A stretch of 64,000 nt of DNA, from IMG/VR virus record IMGVR_UViG_3300044950_000141, positions 1,670-65,669 of that record; one strand, 5' to 3'. Below the pieces are notes generated by a model. That model saw nothing but the letters and a program-made list of their open reading frames with translations. It did no database searches and had not been told where the DNA came from. How positions within the stretch are numbered: position 1 is the stretch's first letter; every line of letters starts with the position of its first letter. This document shows, piece after piece, positions 19,646-27,115 of this stretch. The DNA is from a virus (taxonomy: Duplodnaviria; Heunggongvirae; Uroviricota; Caudoviricetes). Made by a program: the position numbers and the translations under genes.

Positions 19646-19759
19646 GTTGTTGTTTTTTCTTTTTAATTATGTTACCATCTCTATCCATGAATGGAGCCCT
19701 ATGAATTTCATAGGACATCCATGCAAAGATTGATAGTAACACAAATATAACTAAATATA

Positions 19760-20008
19760 TCATTTGTCAAAGTTTTTAACTCTGATTAGTAACTGATATG
19801 TGTCAGAACTGATGTACATATATTTGCGTCCTTTAATGTGTAAACGTTTAGATGGTGTGTAATGTGCTTTGGTAGCAAATATAGCATCTATTAGTTTAGA
19901 GCACGCTTTAAGTCCCCTAACATAAGGAGAATCTTGTTGGTTTGGTTCGTAAACCTGGATTGTATGTGTGCAATGTGGTTTTGCACTGTAGACTAGGCTG
20001 TAAGACAT
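19760..20008 (-). CDS. hypothetical protein (82 aa)
   Basis: ORF track. Confidence 0.4.
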   Translation of the reverse strand: MSYSLVYSAKPHCTHTIQVYEPNQQDSPYVRGLKACSKLIDAIFATKAHYTPSKRLHIKGRKYMYISSDTYQLLIRVKNFDK

Positions 20009-20026
20009 GATGTGTTAGTTTATTAG

Positions 20027-20314
20027 TTAGAAATAGAATGTCATACCTTGATCAGATATCTCTATCTTGGTTGGTCTACTACTAATTGTGTGTTTCTTAC
20101 CTTCCACTACTGTTTTAGTACGCACAGTGTTGGTGATAACAGGCTCCACTTTTATCTGCTTACGCATAATCAATAGTTTAGCATACACCCCACCAAATGT
20201 TCTGTTGAACTGTTTAGCTAGTCTTTTAGCTAATCTAGTTGTTGAAATAGGCTTCTTAGCCATTTCTTGCATTGTTGATAACTCTGCTTGAGAGTACATT
20301 TTCATGTTTTTCAT
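20027..20314 (-). CDS. hypothetical basic protein (95 aa)
   Basis: ORF track. Confidence 0.4.
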   Translation of the reverse strand: MKNMKMYSQAELSTMQEMAKKPISTTRLAKRLAKQFNRTFGGVYAKLLIMRKQIKVEPVITNTVRTKTVVEGKKHTISSRPTKIEISDQGMTFYF

Positions 20315-20318
20315 GTGC

Positions 20319-20651
20319 TTATTTTTTGTTTTTGTTTTTAAAATGTCTACTAGCTTCTTGCTGTCTAATCACCTGCTTTGGTATATCATTAACCCAATTA
20401 GGTATACTATCTAACATCTCTGCTATCTTTTTTGAAATAGGACTCATTGGTTTAAGTGGTAATGGTACTTTGTTGGAACTAAATCTACCTGTATCCACTC
20501 CATCTTTATATCTTTTGTCTATGGCTCTTTGGCCTGGTTTAAGTATAGTGCTATATATTATACCACTCTTTATTCTTCTTCTCATAACAATGGGTTTAAG
20601 AAAAGCCCCACATTTCTGCAGGGCTTTCTCGTTTACTAACCACACACACAT
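20319..20651 (-). CDS. hypothetical basic protein (110 aa)
   Basis: ORF track. Confidence 0.4.
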   Translation of the reverse strand: MCVWLVNEKALQKCGAFLKPIVMRRRIKSGIIYSTILKPGQRAIDKRYKDGVDTGRFSSNKVPLPLKPMSPISKKIAEMLDSIPNWVNDIPKQVIRQQEASRHFKNKNKK

Positions 20652-20936
20652 CTAACCTAATCTCTTATTATTTAAATCATAAATCAATTTATACCATTCA
20701 TTTTCATCTAATTGCTCATCAGGTGTAGCAGTAGACATAAGCTTTATCTCAAGCTTTAATGGTTGTTGTTCAGGCTTTTTATCTTCAAATAAAATTTCAT
20801 ATAACTTCTTCATCTCTTTGGTTTTAAAGGGTTTATTAATCTGGGTCATTGTCTGTCTTGTCTTTAGGGTGATCGTGTGGCCATTCAGGATTGTCATAAT
20901 CAGTGAGGTCATCCATATCATCAAAGTTTTCTTCAT
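20652..20936 (-). CDS. hypothetical protein (94 aa; start probably an internal Met given 100-nt overlap)
   Basis: ORF track. Confidence 0.35.
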   Translation of the reverse strand: MKKTLMIWMTSLIMTILNGHTITLKTRQTMTQINKPFKTKEMKKLYEILFEDKKPEQQPLKLEIKLMSTATPDEQLDENEWYKLIYDLNNKRLG

Positions 20937-21474
20937 CTTCTAATCTATCATCTTCAATAAACCCTGCACTATCATATTCTGGTTCATCATCCTCATCTAC
21001 AAAGTCAGCTTGTTTAATCATCACCTTATTGGTGTCTTCATATAACAATGGCTCTCTAGTCTCATCATCTACCTCAAGGGCTATGAGACCATCATTATCA
21101 CCATTCTCACCATATAACCAATCATTGATAATCTTGGGACTAATGTCTTCCAATGTAGTGTGATCTGTCCATGTACCATCTTCATTCTCTTCAGCAAGGT
21201 TATCTTCCCACCAACCTATGTGCTCAGGACGTACAAGTATTTCTTCTACATCATCAGGGTTGGTCATTGGTTGAATAATGAAGGGTTCAACTGGTGCACC
21301 ACTAGTAGACATATATTCGTACATGTCATATGGTATTTCTTTTAATTCATATATGGTAAAATAGTTATATACTTTACCATAGACCACATCACTGTGATCT
21401 CTTTTAAACCACATACCTACTTCCAATTGCTTGGGCATATATGATTTAAATATAAGTTTTGCTAATATAAACAT
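20836..21474 (-). CDS. highly acidic protein (212 aa), possible DNA-mimic
   Basis: C-terminal half has long D/E runs (DEDDEPEYDSAGFIEDDRLEDEENFDDMDDLTDYDNPE). Confidence 0.5.
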   Translation of the reverse strand: MFILAKLIFKSYMPKQLEVGMWFKRDHSDVVYGKVYNYFTIYELKEIPYDMYEYMSTSGAPVEPFIIQPMTNPDDVEEILVRPEHIGWWEDNLAEENEDGTWTDHTTLEDISPKIINDWLYGENGDNDGLIALEVDDETREPLLYEDTNKVMIKQADFVDEDDEPEYDSAGFIEDDRLEDEENFDDMDDLTDYDNPEWPHDHPKDKTDNDPD

Positions 21475-21559
21475 AATTGTTTGTTTTTGCAGCTAGAGGT
21501 GTAAATAAGGACCCTGCTAGGGGAAGCAGAGTCCTATTATCTAACACACATATTACCAA

Positions 21560-21751
21560 CTAGCCAATCTTTTTTGTGTTTTGTTTGTAATTGTAAACAA
21601 ATAATGCTGCTAATGTATATCCTACAGAAGATACAAATGTAAGTATACTCCATCCAAGATTACTCTCTTCAAAAGTATATAATATCCATAGGATAAGAGT
21701 TGTCGTAATTAAAGTCATCATAATGGCCATAAATAAATTAAATAGTTTCAT
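21560..21751 (-). CDS. small membrane protein, 2 predicted TM helices (63 aa)
   Basis: Hydrophobic stretches LFNLFMAIMMTLITTTLILWILY and ILTFVSSVGYTLAALFVY. Confidence 0.4.
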   Translation of the reverse strand: MKLFNLFMAIMMTLITTTLILWILYTFEESNLGWSILTFVSSVGYTLAALFVYNYKQNTKKIG

Positions 21752-21755
21752 ATAA

Positions 21756-21977
21756 CTAATTGGTTTTGTGTGTTTTGTTCAATTTGTTTCCTATTATAAT
21801 GAGAAATACGCTAAATACTGTTAATCCCACCCAACTCAATGCTATCCAATTAGGAAGATTTTGTTGTGGTTCATCATCAAATGTTGGTTCAGCCATTGTT
21901 AATAATACAACTGGCATAATTAAAACAATGAACAAGCACCAGCCTGTCCATTCAATTCTGTTAAATAATTTGTTCAT
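21756..21977 (-). CDS. small membrane protein, 2 predicted TM helices (73 aa)
   Basis: WCLFIVLIMPVVLLTM and WIALSWVGLTVFSVFLIIIG hydrophobic segments. Confidence 0.4.
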   Translation of the reverse strand: MNKLFNRIEWTGWCLFIVLIMPVVLLTMAEPTFDDEPQQNLPNWIALSWVGLTVFSVFLIIIGNKLNKTHKTN

Positions 21978-22099
21978 AAATGTGTGTTAAATGATTGATT
22001 AATAATGTGTTATAATATGTCTCCGACATGTATGTCGTGAACATAAGAGCAAATATATATCGCCTTTGGCACGCTAAAGGCTAATAGCAGAGATATATA

Positions 22100-22441
22100 T
22101 TATTTTAATTCAAGAGGAATACCAGGATATCTATGTATGTCCCAATATTCTGAGCCATCATATTCATGTCTATCCATCCAAATATCATTTGTGAACCATA
22201 CTGTACCAAACAGCTGTTGACTACCATAACCTGAATCATAGTCAAAGTCAAGACTATTTAAGAACTCTGCAAGTTCAACAGGTGTATAACTCAGTTTGAG
22301 AATATGTGGCTTTGGTTTATAATCTTCATCATTCCAATAACCATATGGTTCATGAGTAATAGTAGCACATCGTATTTGTGTACCATCTAACCATCTAGTA
22401 ATTTGTTCTATTTTACCTAATAACTCTTCTTTAGCGTTCAT
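22100..22441 (-). CDS. hypothetical protein (113 aa), first gene of minus-strand early operon
   Basis: ORF track; followed upstream by long non-coding region. Confidence 0.45.
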   Translation of the reverse strand: MNAKEELLGKIEQITRWLDGTQIRCATITHEPYGYWNDEDYKPKPHILKLSYTPVELAEFLNSLDFDYDSGYGSQQLFGTVWFTNDIWMDRHEYDGSEYWDIHRYPGIPLELK

Positions 22442-23016
22442 AACTAATTGATTTTAAAGCGAATATATAGCCTAATGTTGCCTCAGCTTATATATTCTAA
22501 TGTATTCATATGCAACAAATAATGTATTAGCATAGGTTCTCAACTAATACTTGTAGCGTTTTCATCCACTATTATAATACTCTTGTACTCAATGTACGTA
22601 TGACATATCTTTTTGTCAGAGCATTATATTCGTAGCTACATTAACAATAATAGATATAGTTACCACGTAGGATTAAATGTATTGTTATGCAAGGATTTCA
22701 TAGCCCTTGAACCACTTTTGTGTCATAACCATTATAATCTATCTACTGTAACCCTTATGTGTGACTCGCAACACATAAGCTATGAACTTCATCTATTAGA
22801 AATAATAACAAGGCATAGTCCACTTAAGGTAGGTATGAGCTGAATTGTTTTCCTTGTTATTATATAAAATCCCTCTGTACTCAGATGTAATGCTGAAAGG
22901 AACAACCTTTCTCTATTGCAATGTCTCTGTTAATTGTTATAAACCTTTATGATTAGTGAGTACCATATCGAGTTTAACATACTGCATTACATAAATTGTA
23001 TTACATCTGTCTATCC

Positions 23017-23031
23017 TTGGGAAATAGAAAT
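23017..23031. repeat. 15-bp direct repeat TTGGGAAATAGAAAT, copy 1
   Basis: Exact copy at 23203..23217; the two copies bracket the tRNA-like segment. Confidence 0.7.
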
Positions 23032-23040
23032 ACAGAGGTT

Positions 23041-23200
23041 GTAGTGAGGACAGGATTTGAACCTGTATGTTATACCAAATGGTTAGGGTTATATTGCTTT
23101 CTTGCGTCCAAGAAATAATGTAGTAGTTCCCATCTACGCCTCACCCTCTGTGTTTGATAGTATAACTCCATTAGCGTCTACCAATTCCGCCACCTCACTA
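23041..23200 (-). tRNA. disrupted/atypical tRNA-like locus (class-II tRNA D-arm and canonical T-arm; too long for a simple tRNA)
   Basis: Minus strand reads TAGTGAGG-TG-GCGGAATTGGTAGACGC... (perfect tRNA-Leu-type D-arm). Its 3' end reads ...ACAGGTTCAAATCCTGT-CCTCACTAC (T-arm GGTTCAAATCC plus acceptor strand complementary to the 5' GTGAGG). There are about 75 extra nt between the arms, including a second GTGAGG-GCGTAGATGGGAACTAC D-arm-like copy. Confidence 0.35.
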
Positions 23201-23202
23201 TA

Positions 23203-23217
23203 TTGGGAAATAGAAAT
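23203..23217. repeat. 15-bp direct repeat TTGGGAAATAGAAAT, copy 2
   Basis: Exact match to 23017..23031. Confidence 0.7.
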
Positions 23218-23223
23218 GGTACA

Positions 23224-23376
23224 TTAAAACATAAGACTATTCCATCTATGTGTAATATCTCCAATGGTAAATCTTATATATCCATTGTATGATGTAAATA
23301 TCTTACCCAAATCCTTGTGTTCTCCTTGTACATATCCATTATCTAATAGGTATGCAATCTTTTGTTCTGTTGTCAT
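23224..23376 (-). CDS. possible small ORF (50 aa, below ORF-track cutoff)
   Basis: Manual translation MTTEQKIAYLLDNGYVQGEHKDLGKIFTSYNGYIRFTIGDITHRWNSLMF from ATG (rc) at 23374-23376. Confidence 0.25.
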   Translation of the reverse strand: MTTEQKIAYLLDNGYVQGEHKDLGKIFTSYNGYIRFTIGDITHRWNSLMF

Positions 23377-23769
23377 ATAAATATGATTTAATTAATTAAT
23401 AATGTGTCTCATAGTCAATAATATCATCCCAATCAAGACCAGAAGTCTCAATCATCTTATCAGTAGGATAACTATCAAACACCCTAGTGCTAATAGATCC
23501 ATCTTTCATAAAGAATATCGTATTGTACATATAAATGCTATTTAATGCTATATATATTGTATTGTATAGCGTGAATTAATAATGTGTCAATAAGTGGTAA
23601 TAAGTGGGAATGGAGTACACACCACCTCTCACATTCATGCAGAATGTGTTGAGTTTCAGTGAGTTATATAATTATTCCCACCCAGATGTGTTGCTAACAC
23701 CCACCCTTATATACGAATAAGGGAAAACAAGAGCTTGGATGATGTTCCAAGCCCTTGTTAAGTGTGAGA

Positions 23770-24195
23770 TTAAGCCCCTGCCAACTCTTCAAGCTCTGCT
23801 TCGCTTGTGATGCCCACAGCAGTGTACTCTTTCTTGATAGCCTGTGCAACTTCTGCATCTAATGTAGCGTCTATCACGTGAGCGTCAATGTACTCTTTCT
23901 TGGTCTTGAACACTGCAGTTGCAGTATCACGAGTCATTGTGAACTTTCCATCTGCATAAGGAATGTAGATTGGATTGTTGTCTGCATCAACCATTGGTTG
24001 CTTGGTTGTAGGGTCAAGCTTTGGTCTTGCACCATAAGTCTTCTTTGCAACAATAGCAAAGAATTGCTTAAATTCTTCATCTTTCTTAATGCCCAATGCA
24101 TCCATCTGACGCTTGTAGATGTGGATTCTTTCGCCTTTAGTGTTGTAACCATTGAAGTTACCATTTGGTGAGAAGTTGCCTGAATTGATTACCAT
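23770..24195 (-). CDS. hypothetical protein (141 aa), GC-rich codon-optimised gene, likely highly expressed
   Basis: ORF track. Local GC and codon choice (GCC, CTG, CTC, GGC) are clearly higher than in the surrounding AT-rich genome. Isolated within the non-coding region. Confidence 0.55.
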   Translation of the reverse strand: MVINSGNFSPNGNFNGYNTKGERIHIYKRQMDALGIKKDEEFKQFFAIVAKKTYGARPKLDPTTKQPMVDADNNPIYIPYADGKFTMTRDTATAVFKTKKEYIDAHVIDATLDAEVAQAIKKEYTAVGITSEAELEELAGA

Positions 24196-24255
24196 AACGA
24201 ATTTTACAGTTTTGTAGTGGTGTCTCCACTATAGGTTTGTTAATTGTGAGCCATA

Positions 24256-24281
24256 GGGGGGATATGTCAACCCCCTTTTTT
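24256..24281 (+). terminator. rho-independent terminator-like hairpin GGGGGG-atatgtcaa-CCCCC followed by TTTTTT
   Basis: G6/C5 stem, 9-nt loop, T6 tail read directly from sequence; the T-run is only on the plus strand. Confidence 0.5.
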
Positions 24282-24289
24282 GTACACGG

Positions 24290-24400
24290 AGGTGCAATCT
24301 GGGTTACCCTCCTCCCCCATGGATACAATAAGAATGGGGGCTATGTAAAATTTTGGGGGGCTAGAGGGGGATGGGCTGATAAGACTGGGGGCATATAGAA
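24290..24400. repeat. cluster of G5-G6 tracts (and one C5) in AT-rich background
   Basis: tcccccatgg, atgggggct, ttttggggggct, agagggggatggg, actgggggcat within ~110 nt. Confidence 0.6.
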
Positions 24401-24478
24401 AATTGTGTACATAGTCAAAGCACAGGATAGTTCCACAAGGAACGTTTGCATGAATTTTTCCAAAAGTTTCATGCATAT

Positions 24479-24510
24479 TGTGTCACAGTTTTTCAAATAT
24501 TTGTGACATA
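24479..24510. promoter_or_regulatory. inverted repeat TGTCACA-N14-TGTGACA (operator-like)
   Basis: tgtcacagtttttcaaatatttgtgaca read from sequence. Confidence 0.35.
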
Positions 24511-24641
24511 TTTATATAGGTATTTGTTACAGATTTATATATATAGGTAACAATGACTTCCTGGTTTGGCTGTGTTTCACTTCTTGATTTGGCAAGTTAT
24601 AGCTTGATTATATTCTGCCAAAAGTCAATCTATAGCTTTAC

Positions 24642-24701
24642 ATAATGTGTCTTATAAGGGACACGCTCAGCTTAACAATGTTGCTTTTATGACACATTAT
24701 G
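24642..24701. promoter_or_regulatory. 11-bp inverted repeat CATAATGTGTC ... GACACATTATG separated by ~38 nt (same GTGTC/GACAC core as 24479 palindrome)
   Basis: Direct reading; core ATGTGTC/GACACAT recurs four times in 24479..24710. Confidence 0.35.
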
Positions 24702-24878
24702 ATATGTCTTTACATATAATGATGGAATTAGTTTACATATTATATGTTATAGCATATTGTTGCTCCCAACAAAATGGACCAATATTATAATATCCTGTTG
24801 TATCAAAACTAGAAAATCCTGCAAGTTTTGATAATAGGAAAAAATAAATTTGGCTGGTAAATTTATTTAGCAGTATCT

Positions 24879-24899
24879 TTGGGGGGGATTTAGGGGGGG
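24879..24899. repeat. two homopolymeric G7 tracts (GGGGGGGATTTAGGGGGGG)
   Basis: Direct reading; sits just upstream of small ORF 24938..25183. Confidence 0.6.
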
Positions 24900-24937
24900 C
24901 CCTGCTAATACCTCCTCATTAATAAAAGCTTAGATAT

Positions 24938-25183
24938 ATGGTAGTAGTAAATGTGTTGTTGGTTATAGTGACGTTACTTAGTATGGCAGTGATTGTATGG
25001 GGGTTAGTCTGCTTTGAGGAGTATGAGATAGGTATAGAGTTTCTCCCTAAAGACTACAATAGTTTTGAACTAGGGGTGTCTAATAGAAACTACAAGCTAG
25101 ATGATGGAGGATTAGAACAAGAGCTTAGGATAGGACTGTTGTTATTCAGTGTTATTTTCCTGTTTAGGAGATTTGATGCATAA
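24938..25183 (+). CDS. possible small membrane protein (81 aa)
   Basis: ORF track; hydrophobic N-terminus VVVNVLLVIVTLLSMAVIVWGLV; weak. Confidence 0.25.
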   Translation: MVVVNVLLVIVTLLSMAVIVWGLVCFEEYEIGIEFLPKDYNSFELGVSNRNYKLDDGGLEQELRIGLLLFSVIFLFRRFDA

Positions 25184-25218
25184 TATAGCATTAAGTTTTA
25201 TAATAACTAAAATTGTTA

Positions 25219-25250
25219 TTTGTAGATAGGTAAGATATACATACCTTTGT
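25219..25250 (+). promoter_or_regulatory. Bacteroidetes-type promoter: -33 TTTG (25219-25222) and -7 TAccTTTG (25243-25250) driving the late/structural module
   Basis: Spacing ~20 nt; ATG at 25262 lies 12 nt downstream. The ORF-track start at 25247 is a TTG inside the -7 box. Confidence 0.4.
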
Positions 25251-25621
25251 ATCAACTAATTATGGAAACCAAACCTAAATCTCCCATTGTACAACGACTG
25301 AAAAAATCAGTGGAGGACAGTTACGTCCTGGCTGAGAAGTATTATAGAATCTTGTCATCTGTCAACGACCTTAAGTTGACAAACAGGGAGATACAGCTTA
25401 TTGCGTTTGCTGCTATGAAGGGTAATATATCCTATGCTAACATACGTAAGGAGTTTTGTGAGAAATACGACAGTACGTCTCCTGCAATCAATAACATTAT
25501 TAGTAAGCTGAAGAAGATGGGTGTGTTTGTAAAGGATGGGACAAAGGTGAAGGTCAATCCTCTTATTCTGCTCAACTTCGACAAGGATATTGTATTACAA
25601 ATAAGTCTAATACATGGATAA
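25247..25621 (+). CDS. hypothetical protein (true start probably ATG 25262, METKPKSP...)
   Basis: ORF track. The track start codon is TTG and overlaps the promoter -7 element. Confidence 0.5.
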   Translation: MYQLIMETKPKSPIVQRLKKSVEDSYVLAEKYYRILSSVNDLKLTNREIQLIAFAAMKGNISYANIRKEFCEKYDSTSPAINNIISKLKKMGVFVKDGTKVKVNPLILLNFDKDIVLQISLIHG

Positions 25622-26015
25622 GCCTATAAGCATGTCTGTCAAAGACTTCCTAGTTAGGACCCTTGCAGTTAAGATGATGATGAGTGAAAAGATGATTGAG
25701 GCTGTGGTGAACCATCAGTTTCAGTCTGCCAATGAGGCAATGGATCTTAACAATAGTCTAGAGATATCTGGCTTTGGTAAGTTCTATTTCAATGAGAAGA
25801 AAGCTGTAAAACGACTTGGACAGTTGAATGCTAAGAAGCAGGCAATACAAAAGATAATAATAGATGAAACTACATCTGAACAAAAGAAACGTTCATCTAA
25901 GGTGACACTAGAGAAAACAGAAGCTCTGATCAATTTGCTAACAACAAAAACTATATATGAAGATCAACTTCTCTCAGATATACGAGGGGTGGAAGAACAA
26001 CCTCTTTCCAGCTGA
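25614..26015 (+). CDS. HU/IHF-like DNA-binding protein
   Basis: beta-arm signature LEISGFGKFYFNEKKAVKR (cf. HU GFGxFxVxxRxAR). Confidence 0.5.
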   Translation: MDKPISMSVKDFLVRTLAVKMMMSEKMIEAVVNHQFQSANEAMDLNNSLEISGFGKFYFNEKKAVKRLGQLNAKKQAIQKIIIDETTSEQKKRSSKVTLEKTEALINLLTTKTIYEDQLLSDIRGVEEQPLSS

Positions 26016-26304
26016 TGAAATAAAAGAACAAATTAGACAAGTGAGCCAGGAACGTATGGCCATTTGTGATCAATGCGAATGGTGTTCTGAGAACAAACCT
26101 AAGAAGCCTCGTAGATTTGATAAGCATTGCACTCATTGTGGATGTGTCCTATCAGCCAAAACTAAGTGTTTATCTTGTAGCTGTCCTATAGACAAATGGG
26201 GACCAGAAATGGAATCTAAGGAAGATGAAGATCAATTAATACAAACAATATATGGAAAACAGGGAAGTGAAAATAGAGAAGATTCCACTGGACAGGCTAA
26301 TTGA
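25957..26304 (+). CDS. Zn-ribbon protein (probable start at internal ATG 26056)
   Basis: CDQCEWC...CTHCGC...CLSCSC cysteine pairs. Confidence 0.4.
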   Translation: MKINFSQIYEGWKNNLFPADEIKEQIRQVSQERMAICDQCEWCSENKPKKPRRFDKHCTHCGCVLSAKTKCLSCSCPIDKWGPEMESKEDEDQLIQTIYGKQGSENREDSTGQAN

Positions 26305-26506
26305 TACGCTTGTTGACTTATATAATAAGGGTATAGACTATGTTGATATAGTGGGAGTTCCTGGGGTTGAGTTTGATAGAATGGGAATAGCCTTTACAAA
26401 AGACTATATGACAGAACATGGAAAAGAAAACTTTGGAGAAATAGGTGTTGACTTAGAGATTACATCTTCAAAGCTAACAGATGATGATTTAAATGAATTA
26501 ATATAA
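26252..26506 (+). CDS. hypothetical protein (84 aa)
   Basis: ORF track. Confidence 0.4.
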   Translation: MENREVKIEKIPLDRLIDTLVDLYNKGIDYVDIVGVPGVEFDRMGIAFTKDYMTEHGKENFGEIGVDLEITSSKLTDDDLNELI

Positions 26507-26511
26507 AACTA

Positions 26512-26796
26512 ATGAGTAAAAAGACTCACTATACAGAAGTCATTAATATACTACAAGAACTACATAGTGATTTTCCAACATATAACATTGGAAGACATCT
26601 AGCTACAGCTCTTGCAGATTATGGTGATATTTGGGGAATAACAGATAAAGAACTTGCTTTTGCTCTAAGTAAATATAAGAGCGAGATTGAGATGGATGTT
26701 CCACATACAGATGACTCTGAACTTGAAAAAATAATTAAAGAGGGAATGGACCTTGATAATATCCTTAAGGAGGAGGAAGAAGATGGCAACTATTAA
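26512..26796 (+). CDS. hypothetical acidic protein (94 aa)
   Basis: ORF track. Confidence 0.45.
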   Translation: MSKKTHYTEVINILQELHSDFPTYNIGRHLATALADYGDIWGITDKELAFALSKYKSEIEMDVPHTDDSELEKIIKEGMDLDNILKEEEEDGNY

Positions 26797-27115
26797 AAAA
26801 ACTACATATGTAAATACAGAGCTTGAATGGGCTGAGTCACAACTCGTTTCATGGAAAGCTTATGTAAATGCTAACCCACTGCATGAATTGAAAGATAGGA
26901 TTGAGTGGAAACCTACAGCAAAAGGAGGACTATTACCTATGGTGATAGCATCTATTGAAGCTCAAGGTAAATTTGTCCAAGAGACAATGAAAAACTATCT
27001 AGCATTGATAGAGGTGGTAGATAAGCTAAGAAACATGGAAGAAGCTAAGGTGGAAGTGAGAGGTAAAGGTGAGTTGTCAGGAGCTGCTGCTGAGTTCTTA
27101 GCAAATAGAAAATAA
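26753..27115 (+). CDS. hypothetical protein immediately upstream of terL (candidate small terminase; likely start MATIKK at 26783)
   Basis: Position and size only; stop overlaps terL ATG (TAATG). Confidence 0.35.
   Translation: MIISLRRRKKMATIKKTTYVNTELEWAESQLVSWKAYVNANPLHELKDRIEWKPTAKGGLLPMVIASIEAQGKFVQETMKNYLALIEVVDKLRNMEEAKVEVRGKGELSGAAAEFLANRK

Noticed and set aside
22757-22782. 9-bp perfect hairpin CTTATGTGT-gactcgca-ACACATAAG considered as a tRNA arm or terminator
   Set aside because: Stem too long for a tRNA arm and no adjacent T-run on either strand; kept only as a possible structural element within the larger regulatory region.
22613-22843. 76-aa plus-strand ORF in the non-coding region
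   Set aside because: No promoter/start context; region more likely non-coding RNA/regulatory; low coding plausibility.
24267-24476. 69-aa minus-strand ORF (…SPSPSSPPKFY…)
   Set aside because: It lies entirely within the G/C-tract cluster. Its composition is dictated by the poly-C reading of the G runs, and there is no plausible start context.
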